Shown here piece after piece: positions 41,976 through 50,006 of a stretch of DNA of 50,006 nucleotides (position 1 is its first letter; every line of letters starts with the position of its first letter). Origin of the DNA: an uncultured Candidatus Saccharibacteria bacterium (GTDB lineage: Bacteria > Patescibacteriota > Minisyncoccia > Phycocordibacterales > UBA9973). The translations under genes were made by a program, and so were the position numbers. The notes beneath the pieces were generated by a model. That model was not told the DNA's origin. It was given only the letters and a program-made list of their open reading frames with translations, and ran no database searches. The stretch spans positions 1 through 50,006 of the forward strand of contig CAYVSW010000001.1 of assembly GCA_964454285.1 (NCBI GenBank). Reading direction: 5' to 3'.

Positions 41976-41981
41976 GCGTAT

Positions 41982-44675
41982 ATGATTAGTCTCAACGAGA
42001 TACGAAATAGAGCAGTAGCTTTTTCTGCAGAGTGGGACAGAGAATACAGTGAAGATGCTGAAGCAAAAAGCTTTTGGGACGGTTTTTTTGATGTATTTGG
42101 GGTTTCTCGCAGGCGTGTAGCTTCGTTTGAATACCAAGTAAAAAAGCAAGATGGTGGGCAAGGGTTCATAGATGTACTTTGGAAAGGGGTAATGCTAGCC
42201 GAGCACAAAAGTCGTGGACGCAGTCTCGACAAAGCGTTTACCCAAGCAAAAGATTATTTTCCTGGGCTCACCGATGCAGAGCTTCCTCGCTATGTGGTAG
42301 TTTCTGATTTTGAAAAAATAAGAATTACAGACCTCGAATCAAACAAAGAGACAGAATTTGTACTCAAAGATTTGCACAACTACATACACCTTTTTGATTT
42401 TATTTCTGGATATACTTCACATAGTGATTATGCAAAAGAAGAGGAGGTTAGTATCAAAGGCGCAAAGCTCATGGCGGACTTTCACAATGAAATAGCAAAG
42501 ACTGGCTACACTGGACATGAGCTAGAAGTATTTTTGATACGCATACTTTTTTGTCTTTTTGCAGACGATACAGGAATTTTTGAAAAAGGACTTTTTAGAA
42601 ATTATATAGAAAACAGAATCAGTAAAGATGGGGGAGACCTCGGTATTCATTTGGGGCAGATTTTTTATATTTTAAATACACCACAAGAAAAAAGACAGAC
42701 CACTACAGACGAGCAACTCATGCAATTCCCCTATATAAACGGTGGTATTTTTGCAGAAAATCTCTCTCCTGTGTCGCTCGATGCTACAGCATATCTCAAG
42801 CTCTTGCGTTGCTGCGAATTCGACTGGTCGGGGATTTCTGCATCTATTTTTGGATCGCTTTTCCAAGGGGTAATGAATGAAAAGCAGCGTCGTGAGCTCG
42901 GCGCGCACTACACTTCAGAAATAAATATACTAAAAGTAATCCAGCCTCTTTTTCTCGATGAGTTGTATATTGAGTTTGATGCTCTAAAATACGACTCAAA
43001 AAAACTCACAGCTTTTCATGAAAAGCTTACAATGCTCACATTCCTCGACCCGGCGTGTGGCTGTGGCAATTTCCTCGTCACTGCATATAGAGAGCTGCGC
43101 ACGCTCGAGCTAGAGGTGCTCAAAATACTGCGCAAAGACAACAAGCGCGTACTCTTTGGGGCCGAAGATATTTCCAAAATACAAGTGAATCAATTCTACG
43201 GTATCGAAATAGAAGAGTTCCCAGCACTTGTCGCACGCACTGCGATGTATCTCGTGGATCACCAGATGAACATGGCGCTTTCTACAGAATTCGGGCAAGC
43301 CTATGCGCGTATCCCACTTCGCGAGCCTGCGACTATCGTACACGCAGATGCACTCACGACAGACTGGGAGAGCGTAATACCCAAAAACAAGCTCTCGTAC
43401 ATTCTCGGCAACCCGCCATTTTCAGGAGGTCAAATAATGACCAAATCTCAAAAAGAAAATTTCTTGAAAGTTTTTGACGAATTAAAAGCTGTGGGTAATC
43501 TAGATTTTGTCACTGCATGGTACGAAAAAGCAGCAAAATATATGGTGGGTACAAAAATCAAAACAGCATTTGTATCTACAAACAGTATTTGCCAGGGCGA
43601 GCAAGTAGGGATACTCTGGAAGCACCTCAAAGAAACATACGGCGTAGTAATACACTTCGCGCATCAGACTTTCAAATGGAACAACGACGCTCCAGGAGTC
43701 GCCGCTGTGTACTGTGTTATTGTCGGCTTCGCAGATTTTGACACACCTAAAAAATACCTTTTTGAATACGAGACGATAAAAAGCGAGCCAAAAGAAAAAG
43801 AAGTAGAGCATATAAATGCATACTTGGTAGCAGGTGAGGATATTTTTATTGAAAAGAGAACAAAGCCAATTTGCGAAGTTTTAAATATTATTAAAGGAAA
43901 TTATTATGCAAAAAGTGAAGGATTAATTATAGAGGAAGAAGATTTAGATTATTTGGTAACAAATGAATCAAATGCAAAAAAATGGATAAAGCTTTTGATT
44001 GGTGCCGATGAATTTATAAATAACAAAAAACGATATTGTCTTTGGCTGGTTGATTGCCCGCCAGAAGAATTACGCAAAATGCCTTTAGTTATGGAGCGCA
44101 TCAATCGCGTCCGAGAAGATAGACTAAAAAGCACTGACAAAGGAATGCAAAACCTTGCGCCTACGCGTTTTCGTGAGACAAACAATCCTGAGACATGTCT
44201 TGTGATTCCAGTTGTTTCTTCTGAAAAGAGAAAATATATTCCAATGGGGTTTATTGATAAAAATACCATTTCAACAAATGGCAATTTAATAATGCCCGAC
44301 GCAGATTTGTTCCATTTTGGAATACTGCAATCTTTGCAGCATATGACTTGGGTTTCGTATACTTGTGGAAGATTGAAAAGTGATTATCGATATTCAAAAG
44401 ATATTGTGTACAACAATTTCCCTTGGCCAGAGAGTGTAAGTGATGAGCAAAAGAAAAAAGTAGAGGATTGCGCGCAAAAAGTACTCGATGCTCGAGCGCA
44501 ATTTCCAAATAGCTCGCTCGCAGATCTCTATGATCCGAACACTATGCCACCAGAGCTCACAAAAGCCCACAATGAGCTCGATAGAGCAGTAGATGCCTGC
44601 TATGGCGCGCGTTTTGCAAATAAAGAGGATCGCATCGAGCATCTTTTTGATTTGTATAAGAAATATACGAAATAG
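41982..44675 (+). CDS. MmeI-family type IIL/IIG restriction-modification enzyme (nuclease, N6-adenine methyltransferase and specificity domain fused)
   Basis: N-terminal nuclease region EAKSFWDGFFDVFGVSRRRVASFEYQVKK...GFIDVLWKGVMLAEHKSRG, MTase motif I LDPACGCGNFL, motif IV NPPF (ILGNPPFSGG). Length about 897 aa. The track's 5' extension (41766) runs antisense through secG and is rejected. Confidence 0.88.
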   Translation: MISLNEIRNRAVAFSAEWDREYSEDAEAKSFWDGFFDVFGVSRRRVASFEYQVKKQDGGQGFIDVLWKGVMLAEHKSRGRSLDKAFTQAKDYFPGLTDAELPRYVVVSDFEKIRITDLESNKETEFVLKDLHNYIHLFDFISGYTSHSDYAKEEEVSIKGAKLMADFHNEIAKTGYTGHELEVFLIRILFCLFADDTGIFEKGLFRNYIENRISKDGGDLGIHLGQIFYILNTPQEKRQTTTDEQLMQFPYINGGIFAENLSPVSLDATAYLKLLRCCEFDWSGISASIFGSLFQGVMNEKQRRELGAHYTSEINILKVIQPLFLDELYIEFDALKYDSKKLTAFHEKLTMLTFLDPACGCGNFLVTAYRELRTLELEVLKILRKDNKRVLFGAEDISKIQVNQFYGIEIEEFPALVARTAMYLVDHQMNMALSTEFGQAYARIPLREPATIVHADALTTDWESVIPKNKLSYILGNPPFSGGQIMTKSQKENFLKVFDELKAVGNLDFVTAWYEKAAKYMVGTKIKTAFVSTNSICQGEQVGILWKHLKETYGVVIHFAHQTFKWNNDAPGVAAVYCVIVGFADFDTPKKYLFEYETIKSEPKEKEVEHINAYLVAGEDIFIEKRTKPICEVLNIIKGNYYAKSEGLIIEEEDLDYLVTNESNAKKWIKLLIGADEFINNKKRYCLWLVDCPPEELRKMPLVMERINRVREDRLKSTDKGMQNLAPTRFRETNNPETCLVIPVVSSEKRKYIPMGFIDKNTISTNGNLIMPDADLFHFGILQSLQHMTWVSYTCGRLKSDYRYSKDIVYNNFPWPESVSDEQKKKVEDCAQKVLDARAQFPNSSLADLYDPNTMPPELTKAHNELDRAVDACYGARFANKEDRIEHLFDLYKKYTK

Positions 44676-44747
44676 CCAGATACCCTTGTATTGGGCTTTA
44701 TACTATATAGTAAGGCAAAAGTTAATTAAAAAAGCCTTAAATATATT

Positions 44748-45092
44748 ATGAATAAACAAATACAACACGCAATACGATTATTTTTTATAGATAAAAAAAA
44801 GACATATCTAGGGATAGATAAGATACACCAAGAAATGTATAGTAAAAATCTTTGTGTTGTGCGGGAAGAAACTATAAAACAATTAGAGTTTCTTATTGAA
44901 AATGGAGAATTATATAAAGACGAGGTTGTACAAGGTTCCCCCGAGTATAGACTAACTAAATGGGGAGAATTAAAAGAAGGTTGTATCTTTAATCGAGCCT
45001 GGTATTGGTTGTTGTATAGAAAGCATAATCTCGGAAGTCTTATTGCTATAGCAGCTTTGGTTATTTCTATACTTCCTTATTTTAAAAAATAG
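44748..45092 (+). CDS. Hypothetical protein (winged-helix-like N-terminal half, C-terminal TM helix)
   Basis: 114-aa ORF. C-terminal TM segment GSLIAIAALVISILPYF. Confidence 0.5.
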   Translation: MNKQIQHAIRLFFIDKKKTYLGIDKIHQEMYSKNLCVVREETIKQLEFLIENGELYKDEVVQGSPEYRLTKWGELKEGCIFNRAWYWLLYRKHNLGSLIAIAALVISILPYFKK

Positions 45093-45124
45093 TTATAATA
45101 TATATGTAGTATACTAAATCCAGT

Positions 45125-45727
45125 ATGGCAAAGTTTGCATTTATTGATGTACAAAACACAGAGACAACTACGCGCAAGTGGCTTAATTTTGAAATCGACT
45201 GGGTTAGATTAACTCAGTTTTTACAAAACGAATGGGGTTGCGATCAGGTTTTCTATTATCTAGGAATACAAGAGGGTGATACTGCTCGTGATGAAGAATT
45301 TTCAAGGCTTAAAAATGAAAAAGTAATTATTAGACCAAAATATTATTTTGTTCATAAAGTAAGTGATAGACTTGTAGCTACTACTTGTACAACATGTGCA
45401 ATCCCCATGCAAGTTCGTATTGATATGGGATATCAATGGAAATGTAACTGTGATGTTGAACTCACTGTGGATGTGCTAGATAAGGCGTATGGAGATAATG
45501 AGATAATTCTTTTCACTGGTGATGGCGACTTCGAATTTCTAATAGATACAGTACTTGCAAAAGTTTCTGGCAATGTGTCTATTGTATCAACTTCAAAACC
45601 TAGAATACGAGCGGGAAAAACTGAGCATAGACTTTCAAAAAAACTAAAAAAGAAAAAAAGAGTGCGAGTGCTAGAGATAGATAATCTTAAAAATAAAATT
45701 AAAAGCAGCACAGTGTTTTCAAAATAA
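45125..45727 (+). CDS. NYN-domain (LabA/DUF88-like) putative RNase
   Basis: KFAFIDVQN near the N-terminus and VDVELTVDVL...IILFTGDGDFEFLI acidic motifs. Basic C-terminal tail. Confidence 0.7.
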   Translation: MAKFAFIDVQNTETTTRKWLNFEIDWVRLTQFLQNEWGCDQVFYYLGIQEGDTARDEEFSRLKNEKVIIRPKYYFVHKVSDRLVATTCTTCAIPMQVRIDMGYQWKCNCDVELTVDVLDKAYGDNEIILFTGDGDFEFLIDTVLAKVSGNVSIVSTSKPRIRAGKTEHRLSKKLKKKKRVRVLEIDNLKNKIKSSTVFSK

Positions 45728-45745
45728 AGTATAGTTTAGGTACGC

Positions 45746-45773
45746 AAAAAGGCCGCGAAGCGCGACCTTTTTT
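45746..45773. terminator. Terminator hairpin between convergent genes
   Basis: aaaaaggccgcg-aag-cgcgaccttttt (one mismatch). Confidence 0.65.
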
Positions 45774-45857
45774 AGCGATAAATAAACTATATACTAAAAC
45801 ATAAAATAAGTCAAGTCAATAGGTGTGGATAGTATTTTAAAGATACGATCTTTAAAA

Positions 45858-47303
45858 CTATTCTTTCTCTCCTACTTTGTATATAAACCCATCTCGGGCG
45901 CCAAAGTATATGCCACCGTTCCAGATGAGTGGGGTGGATTCGATGCAGGCTTTTGAGGGGATTTGCATCTCGGTGTCGAGCGAGAGCGCTTCGCCAATGC
46001 TAAATACTTTTATATATCCTTCGCAGGTTGTGAGGATCAATTTTTCGTCTACTATATTTGGCGAAGACCATGCATGTACACCGATGGAAATGGTCTGGAG
46101 GACTGTACCTGTATCAGTATCTATCACGAGTAAGTCACCTGGGTTGGTCGGCACGTAGAGCTTGCCATTGTGAATTGCAGGGGTCGCCCATACGCCGCCA
46201 TCGATACCTTTTTGCTTGGGTAGTACTGGTACGCCCCATACGAGCGGATTTGCTGTATTGCGAGGGTCGAGCTTCATTATTTGTCCCACTTCGTCGCTTC
46301 TTTTATTGATGCGCTCGCGCTCACTTGCTGCGTATATGTAGCCTTTGTCATCGGTGACGAGCGTCGCATCTGTGTCATCGCCTGTCCAAAAATCAAACAC
46401 TATGGGCGCGAGGCCTTCGATTACACGTGATACATCCATGCCGAGAATCCTGCCGCCAGAGTTTGCTATGTAGACAGTATTGCCGATCTTGAGCGGCGAG
46501 CTCTCTATACTCACATCTTCATCGCCGATATTTTTGAGGAGCTCTGTATTGAATGATGGTACCTTTATGAGCACGCTTGGCGCGACGGTGACTTTGCCGT
46601 CTGCATCATATGCGCGGTTGAGCTTGAGTATATGAAAGAGGCCGTTCTCGGCGCCGGTGTAGAGGATATCATTTTCAATAATCGCATTCGGGTCCCAGTC
46701 GTTGTTCCAGTAGCCGTCACTAATTTTTGCCTCAATTTTATAGAGCTCGCGAGGTTTGTCGCCGTCGAGAGAAATTATACGGAAAAAGTTGTCGCGAGAG
46801 CCGCTGTATAGGAGTGGGTAGCCGTCTGGATCCAAGCTAACGGTGCCTTTGATGATATCGCCAGTGTAGAACGTAGGGAAGGCTGTTTCGCCGGTGTCTG
46901 CATAGACGAAGTGTATACCTTTGTCGTATGCGTTAAAGACTATTACATCGCGGCCATCTTTCTCCCAGAGTACTGGCTGGCCCGTCCATCCATTGCCGCA
47001 CCATATCTTGCTCATGCCGCCCACCCATGAGCGCGCGCAGAGGGGATTGGTCTTAGGATATTTCCAGAGTATTGAAAGTGAACTTGGCACCGGGCCAACG
47101 CCATAGAAATTGCGGGATATATTGCCGCGGAACATGCGCATAGTGTTTGGTGCTTTTGGAGTTTCTATTTGTGGAGCTTTGGGGATTTCCTGTACTACAG
47201 CTGGAGTAGGTGCGGGGAGACTAGAGGGTACATTTTTGAGTACCCATACATACCCGCCGTAGATGCAGAGAAGGAAGACGCAGAGGATGAGAAGTTTTTT
47301 CAT
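45858..47303 (-). CDS. PQQ-like/BamB-like beta-propeller repeat protein with an N-terminal signal/anchor
   Basis: Recurrent blade motifs (NTVYIANSGGRILGMD, NGKLYVPTNPGDLLVIDTDTG, GGIYFGARDGFIYKV). N-terminal hydrophobic helix. Its start overlaps the rnr stop (TAATG). Confidence 0.75.
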   Translation of the reverse strand: MKKLLILCVFLLCIYGGYVWVLKNVPSSLPAPTPAVVQEIPKAPQIETPKAPNTMRMFRGNISRNFYGVGPVPSSLSILWKYPKTNPLCARSWVGGMSKIWCGNGWTGQPVLWEKDGRDVIVFNAYDKGIHFVYADTGETAFPTFYTGDIIKGTVSLDPDGYPLLYSGSRDNFFRIISLDGDKPRELYKIEAKISDGYWNNDWDPNAIIENDILYTGAENGLFHILKLNRAYDADGKVTVAPSVLIKVPSFNTELLKNIGDEDVSIESSPLKIGNTVYIANSGGRILGMDVSRVIEGLAPIVFDFWTGDDTDATLVTDDKGYIYAASERERINKRSDEVGQIMKLDPRNTANPLVWGVPVLPKQKGIDGGVWATPAIHNGKLYVPTNPGDLLVIDTDTGTVLQTISIGVHAWSSPNIVDEKLILTTCEGYIKVFSIGEALSLDTEMQIPSKACIESTPLIWNGGIYFGARDGFIYKVGEKE

Positions 47304-49225
47304 TACACCAAAACGTAATCAATTATCCTTTTATTGAGATCTGCCGCTACGACTTTGAAAGACACCGGGTCGCCGATGCGGTATTCTTTGCGAGTGCGCT
47401 TGCCGATGATAGCGAGCTCTTTTTCATTGTATTCGAAGTAGTCTGCACCGAGGTCTTTGAGGCGGATCATACCTTCGCATTTGCTTTCTTTTTCTTCTAC
47501 AAAAATACCATTTGGAGAAATACCAGTGACAGTACCAGAGAATGTCTGCCCAATACGGTAGCTCATGTACTCTGTCTGTTTGTACTTGATAGATGCGCGC
47601 TCTGCATCACTTGCTTCTTTTTCACGTACCGATGAATGCGCGCAGACTTTGTCATAATAATCCCAGTGCTCCTGTGCGATAGTACCACCAGAGAGGTACT
47701 CATTGAGCAAGCGGTGCACGATAGTGTCTGGATAGCGGCGGATAGGCGAGGTGAAGTGCGTGTAGAATTCAAAAGCAAGACCATAGTGGCCGATGTTTTT
47801 TGTAGAGTAGATAGCTTTGGACATAGTACGAGCGATCGCAGTCTGGATAGTGTCTTTTTCGGGTTTGCCGTCGAGCTCCTGGAGTACACGGTTTATCTCG
47901 CTTGTCGGTATAATACCGTCTTCATCGCGCTTCACAGCGTAGCCGAGGCGCTTGAGGAACATATACAAATCCTGCATGCGGTCGAGCTCTGGTTTTGGGT
48001 GGACGCGGAATACAAATACTCGGTCCTGGTCTTTTGTTATACTCTCTGCTACCTTGCGGTTTGCGAGCAGCATGAGCTCCTCGATCATGTGGTGTGTGTC
48101 GCCGCGGGTTTTGATATACACGCCAGTAGGGACGCCTTTTTCATCGAGCTTGAATTTCACTTCTTGGCTGTCGATAGAGATAGCACCATTTGCAAAGCGC
48201 TCTTTTTCTAAGTATTTTGAAATATCAAGTGCTGCCTGGAGTTCACGATAGTATGGGCCGTCTTTTTTGTCCAAAACTTCCTGTGCATTTTCGTAAGTGA
48301 ATCTATAGTGTGAGTGGATCACCGTCTTGCCATACCATTCTTCGACAATCTTATTATTTTTATCAAACGTAAATACAGCACTCATCGTGAGGCGGTCTAC
48401 ATCGGGGTTGAGCGAGCAGAGCTCATTTGAGAGTGCTTCTGGGAGCATGGGGATAGTGCGGTCTACGAGGTACACACTCGTCGCTCTCCTGTATGCCTCG
48501 GTGTCGAGCGCACTTCCTGGGCGCACGTAGTGCGACACATCGGCAATGTGTATGCCGACTTCAGTATTGCCATTCTCGAGGAATTTGACCGAGATAGCAT
48601 CGTCAAAGTCTTTTGCGTCAAATGGGTCGATAGTGACAGTCGCTACATCGCGAAAATCTCGGCGACTCGCTTTTTCTTCTTCGGTAATGCCGTGCTCGTG
48701 TATCACTTTTGCTTCGTCGAGGACAGCCTGGGGGTAGCTATCGTCAAAGCCTTTTTCAAGTGCGAGAGAGAGCATCTCGGCGTCATTTTCCAAAGGTTTT
48801 CCGAGCACACGCACTACCTCGCCAATAGGCGTCGCCATAGGGTCGTTCCATTCTGTGATACTACAAAAGATTTTGTCGCCAGGTTTTGCACCTCCCAATT
48901 TATCTTCAGGGATATTTATATTTGTATAATTGCGAGAATCATTGTGGATGAGGCAGTGTGCGCCATTGTCCACAGAGAGAGTACCACTGTATCCAATCTT
49001 TGCGCGGCGGGTTATAGCAGTGACTATCCCTTGTGGGTTGAAGCCGTCTATCATACTCACCACTCGCGCCTCTACGGTGTCGCCAGGAAATGCTTTGTTG
49101 AGCCCTTCGCGAGGGATTTCGATAGTAAATCCAGCATCGCGGATTTTGACATACCCGACCCCTTTTCCTGAAATATTGATAGTACCTTCTCGTGTTTCGC
49201 CTATAGTTGGCTTTATTGTCTGCAT
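47303..49225 (-). CDS. rnr: Ribonuclease R / exoribonuclease II family (RNB domain plus C-terminal S1)
   Basis: RNB motifs TIDPFDAKDFDDAIS, YLVDRTIPMLP, HYGLAFEFYTHFTSPIRRYPD. S1-like C-terminus GTVTGISPNGIFVE. Confidence 0.92.
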   Translation of the reverse strand: MQTIKPTIGETREGTINISGKGVGYVKIRDAGFTIEIPREGLNKAFPGDTVEARVVSMIDGFNPQGIVTAITRRAKIGYSGTLSVDNGAHCLIHNDSRNYTNINIPEDKLGGAKPGDKIFCSITEWNDPMATPIGEVVRVLGKPLENDAEMLSLALEKGFDDSYPQAVLDEAKVIHEHGITEEEKASRRDFRDVATVTIDPFDAKDFDDAISVKFLENGNTEVGIHIADVSHYVRPGSALDTEAYRRATSVYLVDRTIPMLPEALSNELCSLNPDVDRLTMSAVFTFDKNNKIVEEWYGKTVIHSHYRFTYENAQEVLDKKDGPYYRELQAALDISKYLEKERFANGAISIDSQEVKFKLDEKGVPTGVYIKTRGDTHHMIEELMLLANRKVAESITKDQDRVFVFRVHPKPELDRMQDLYMFLKRLGYAVKRDEDGIIPTSEINRVLQELDGKPEKDTIQTAIARTMSKAIYSTKNIGHYGLAFEFYTHFTSPIRRYPDTIVHRLLNEYLSGGTIAQEHWDYYDKVCAHSSVREKEASDAERASIKYKQTEYMSYRIGQTFSGTVTGISPNGIFVEEKESKCEGMIRLKDLGADYFEYNEKELAIIGKRTRKEYRIGDPVSFKVVAADLNKRIIDYVLV

Positions 49226-49251
49226 GAGTATAACTGTAGCATATTTTATAA

Positions 49252-49285
49252 AAGCCCCGAAATCGTTTTTACGATTTCGGGGCTT
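49252..49285 (-). terminator. Terminator hairpin (14-bp stem) between 49288-49614 and rnr
   Basis: aagccccgaaatcg-ttttta-cgatttcggggctt. Confidence 0.7.
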
Positions 49286-49287
49286 AC

Positions 49288-49614
49288 TTATTTTAAGTAT
49301 TGCTTAATACTTTTTTCTATAACTTCTGAAACATTGTATGTAAGTATTTTTCTAGATGTAAACACAAAGCGAAATTTTAATGTTTCAAGATTGTTTAGAA
49401 TAAATAACTTAATAGCTGCCTCATTTTTTGGAACCTTACTTATTTCCGCACTATTGCAAATATAAGTTATAAAATCATTAATATCTGCAACCGAGGTCTC
49501 TACTTTAGTATTTTTTTTCTTTTGATAAAGGATTACTATGGTCGCAAGGAAGACAATGCATATAGGATAAAAAACGATAGGCTCACTAAAGATGCTTGAA
49601 AGGAAGTTTTTCAT
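49288..49614 (-). CDS. Hypothetical membrane-anchored protein
   Basis: 108-aa ORF. N-terminal TM segment PIVFYPICIVFLATIVILY. Confidence 0.45.
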   Translation of the reverse strand: MKNFLSSIFSEPIVFYPICIVFLATIVILYQKKKNTKVETSVADINDFITYICNSAEISKVPKNEAAIKLFILNNLETLKFRFVFTSRKILTYNVSEVIEKSIKQYLK

Positions 49615-49695
49615 ATTTTTTCTTTTACCATATCATATATAAAAGGATTGTCATCTTATTGACTATATTCAAGCAATTTGCTATTATCTCCAGAC

Positions 49696-50006
49696 ATGTT
49701 GAAAATACGACTACAAAGAATAGGACGCAAGAACGAAGCGGCATTTCGCCTCGTTGTTACAGAATCAAAAAATGGCCCACAAAGTGGTAAGTTTTTGGAA
49801 GTGCTCGGCTCATACACAGTAAAGGCTGACAAAGTAGAGCTCAAGGCAGACCGTATCAAGCACTGGCTCGCACACGGCGTACAGCTCTCAGATACTGCAC
49901 ACAATATGCTTGTAAAACAAGGTGTTGTAGAAGGAAAGAAGCGAAACTCACTTTCAAAAAAGTCTCCTACAGTAAAACGCAAAGACGCTCCAAAGAAAAA
50001 GAAATA
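49696..50006 (+). CDS. rpsP: 30S ribosomal protein S16 (3' end outside window)
   Basis: ATG 49696. MLKIRLQRIGRKNEAAFRLVVTESKNGPQSGKFLEVLGSY... matches the S16 N-terminal signature. The frame is open to the window end, so it is absent from the ORF track. Confidence 0.9.
   Translation, partial: MLKIRLQRIGRKNEAAFRLVVTESKNGPQSGKFLEVLGSYTVKADKVELKADRIKHWLAHGVQLSDTAHNMLVKQGVVEGKKRNSLSKKSPTVKRKDAPKKKK

Noticed and set aside
41766-41981. 5' extension of the MmeI-like ORF to 41766
   Set aside because: The extension runs antisense through secG and across the TGCTATACT promoter. Homology-like sequence (MISLNEIRNRAVAFSAEW...) begins at ATG 41982.
47636-49171. Plus-strand ORFs of 191 and 213 aa inside rnr
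   Set aside because: They are antisense to RNase R, which has clear RNB motifs.
1-50006. Alternative genetic code (UGA as Gly or Trp, code 25 or 4) as the explanation for missing TGA stops
   Set aside because: The standard-code ORFs are full-length and match expected protein lengths (for example 604-aa TypA, 629-aa RNase J, 640-aa RNase R), so in-frame TGA is absent. RF2 is also encoded. I therefore report it as TGA avoidance and not as reassignment.

Overview
About 50 kb from a small-genome, moderately AT-rich bacterium. The gene content suggests a Candidate Phyla Radiation / Patescibacteria-type organism: a CxxC-x17-CxxC zinc-ribbon protein, a short RF2, RNase J, many tiny membrane ORFs and near-leaderless genes. 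That placement is inference, not proof. The housekeeping backbone runs gatA 3' end, a tRNA-fMet/Met/Asp cluster, Nudix, DEAD-box helicase, tRNA-Thr, typA, prfB, ftsEX, then M3 peptidase, ABC-F, csp, trhO, DedA, an HhH-GPD glycosylase, MFS, RNase J, secG, RNase R and rpsP. A visibly AT-richer accessory island of about 15.8 kb (about 10.9-26.8 kb) interrupts it, bracketed by two near-identical, inverted tRNA-Gln(CUG) genes. The island carries a polymorphic-toxin locus: (1) a secreted protein of about 2,506 aa that fuses Tc-toxin B/C-like and RHS/YD-repeat parts, with a glycine-rich insert, FG-GAP/VCBS repeats, a second inserted domain and a roughly 190-aa C-terminal toxin tip; (2) a membrane-anchored putative immunity gene; (3) a start-less orphan Rhs-core plus alternative toxin tip with its own small immunity gene, joined to the main gene by a 58-nt recombination homology; (4) a degenerate third module and a possible serine-recombinase remnant. 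The island also holds decayed gene fragments and a Zur-type operon (Fur-family repressor with a perfect 23-bp palindromic operator, a COG0523 GTPase, a CooC/ParA-like ATPase and a Cys-rich protein). Other points of interest: no gene in the window ends in TGA although RF2 is encoded; TGnTATAnT extended -10 promoters lie 6-15 nt upstream of start codons; tandem 83-nt structured repeats derived from the tRNA-Asp 5' end; an MmeI-type RM enzyme followed by wHTH-TM and NYN genes; an alkyltransferase-like protein with Cys replaced by Phe; and an MutY-like glycosylase with no Fe-S cluster. All domain calls come from motif reading by eye; no database search was run.
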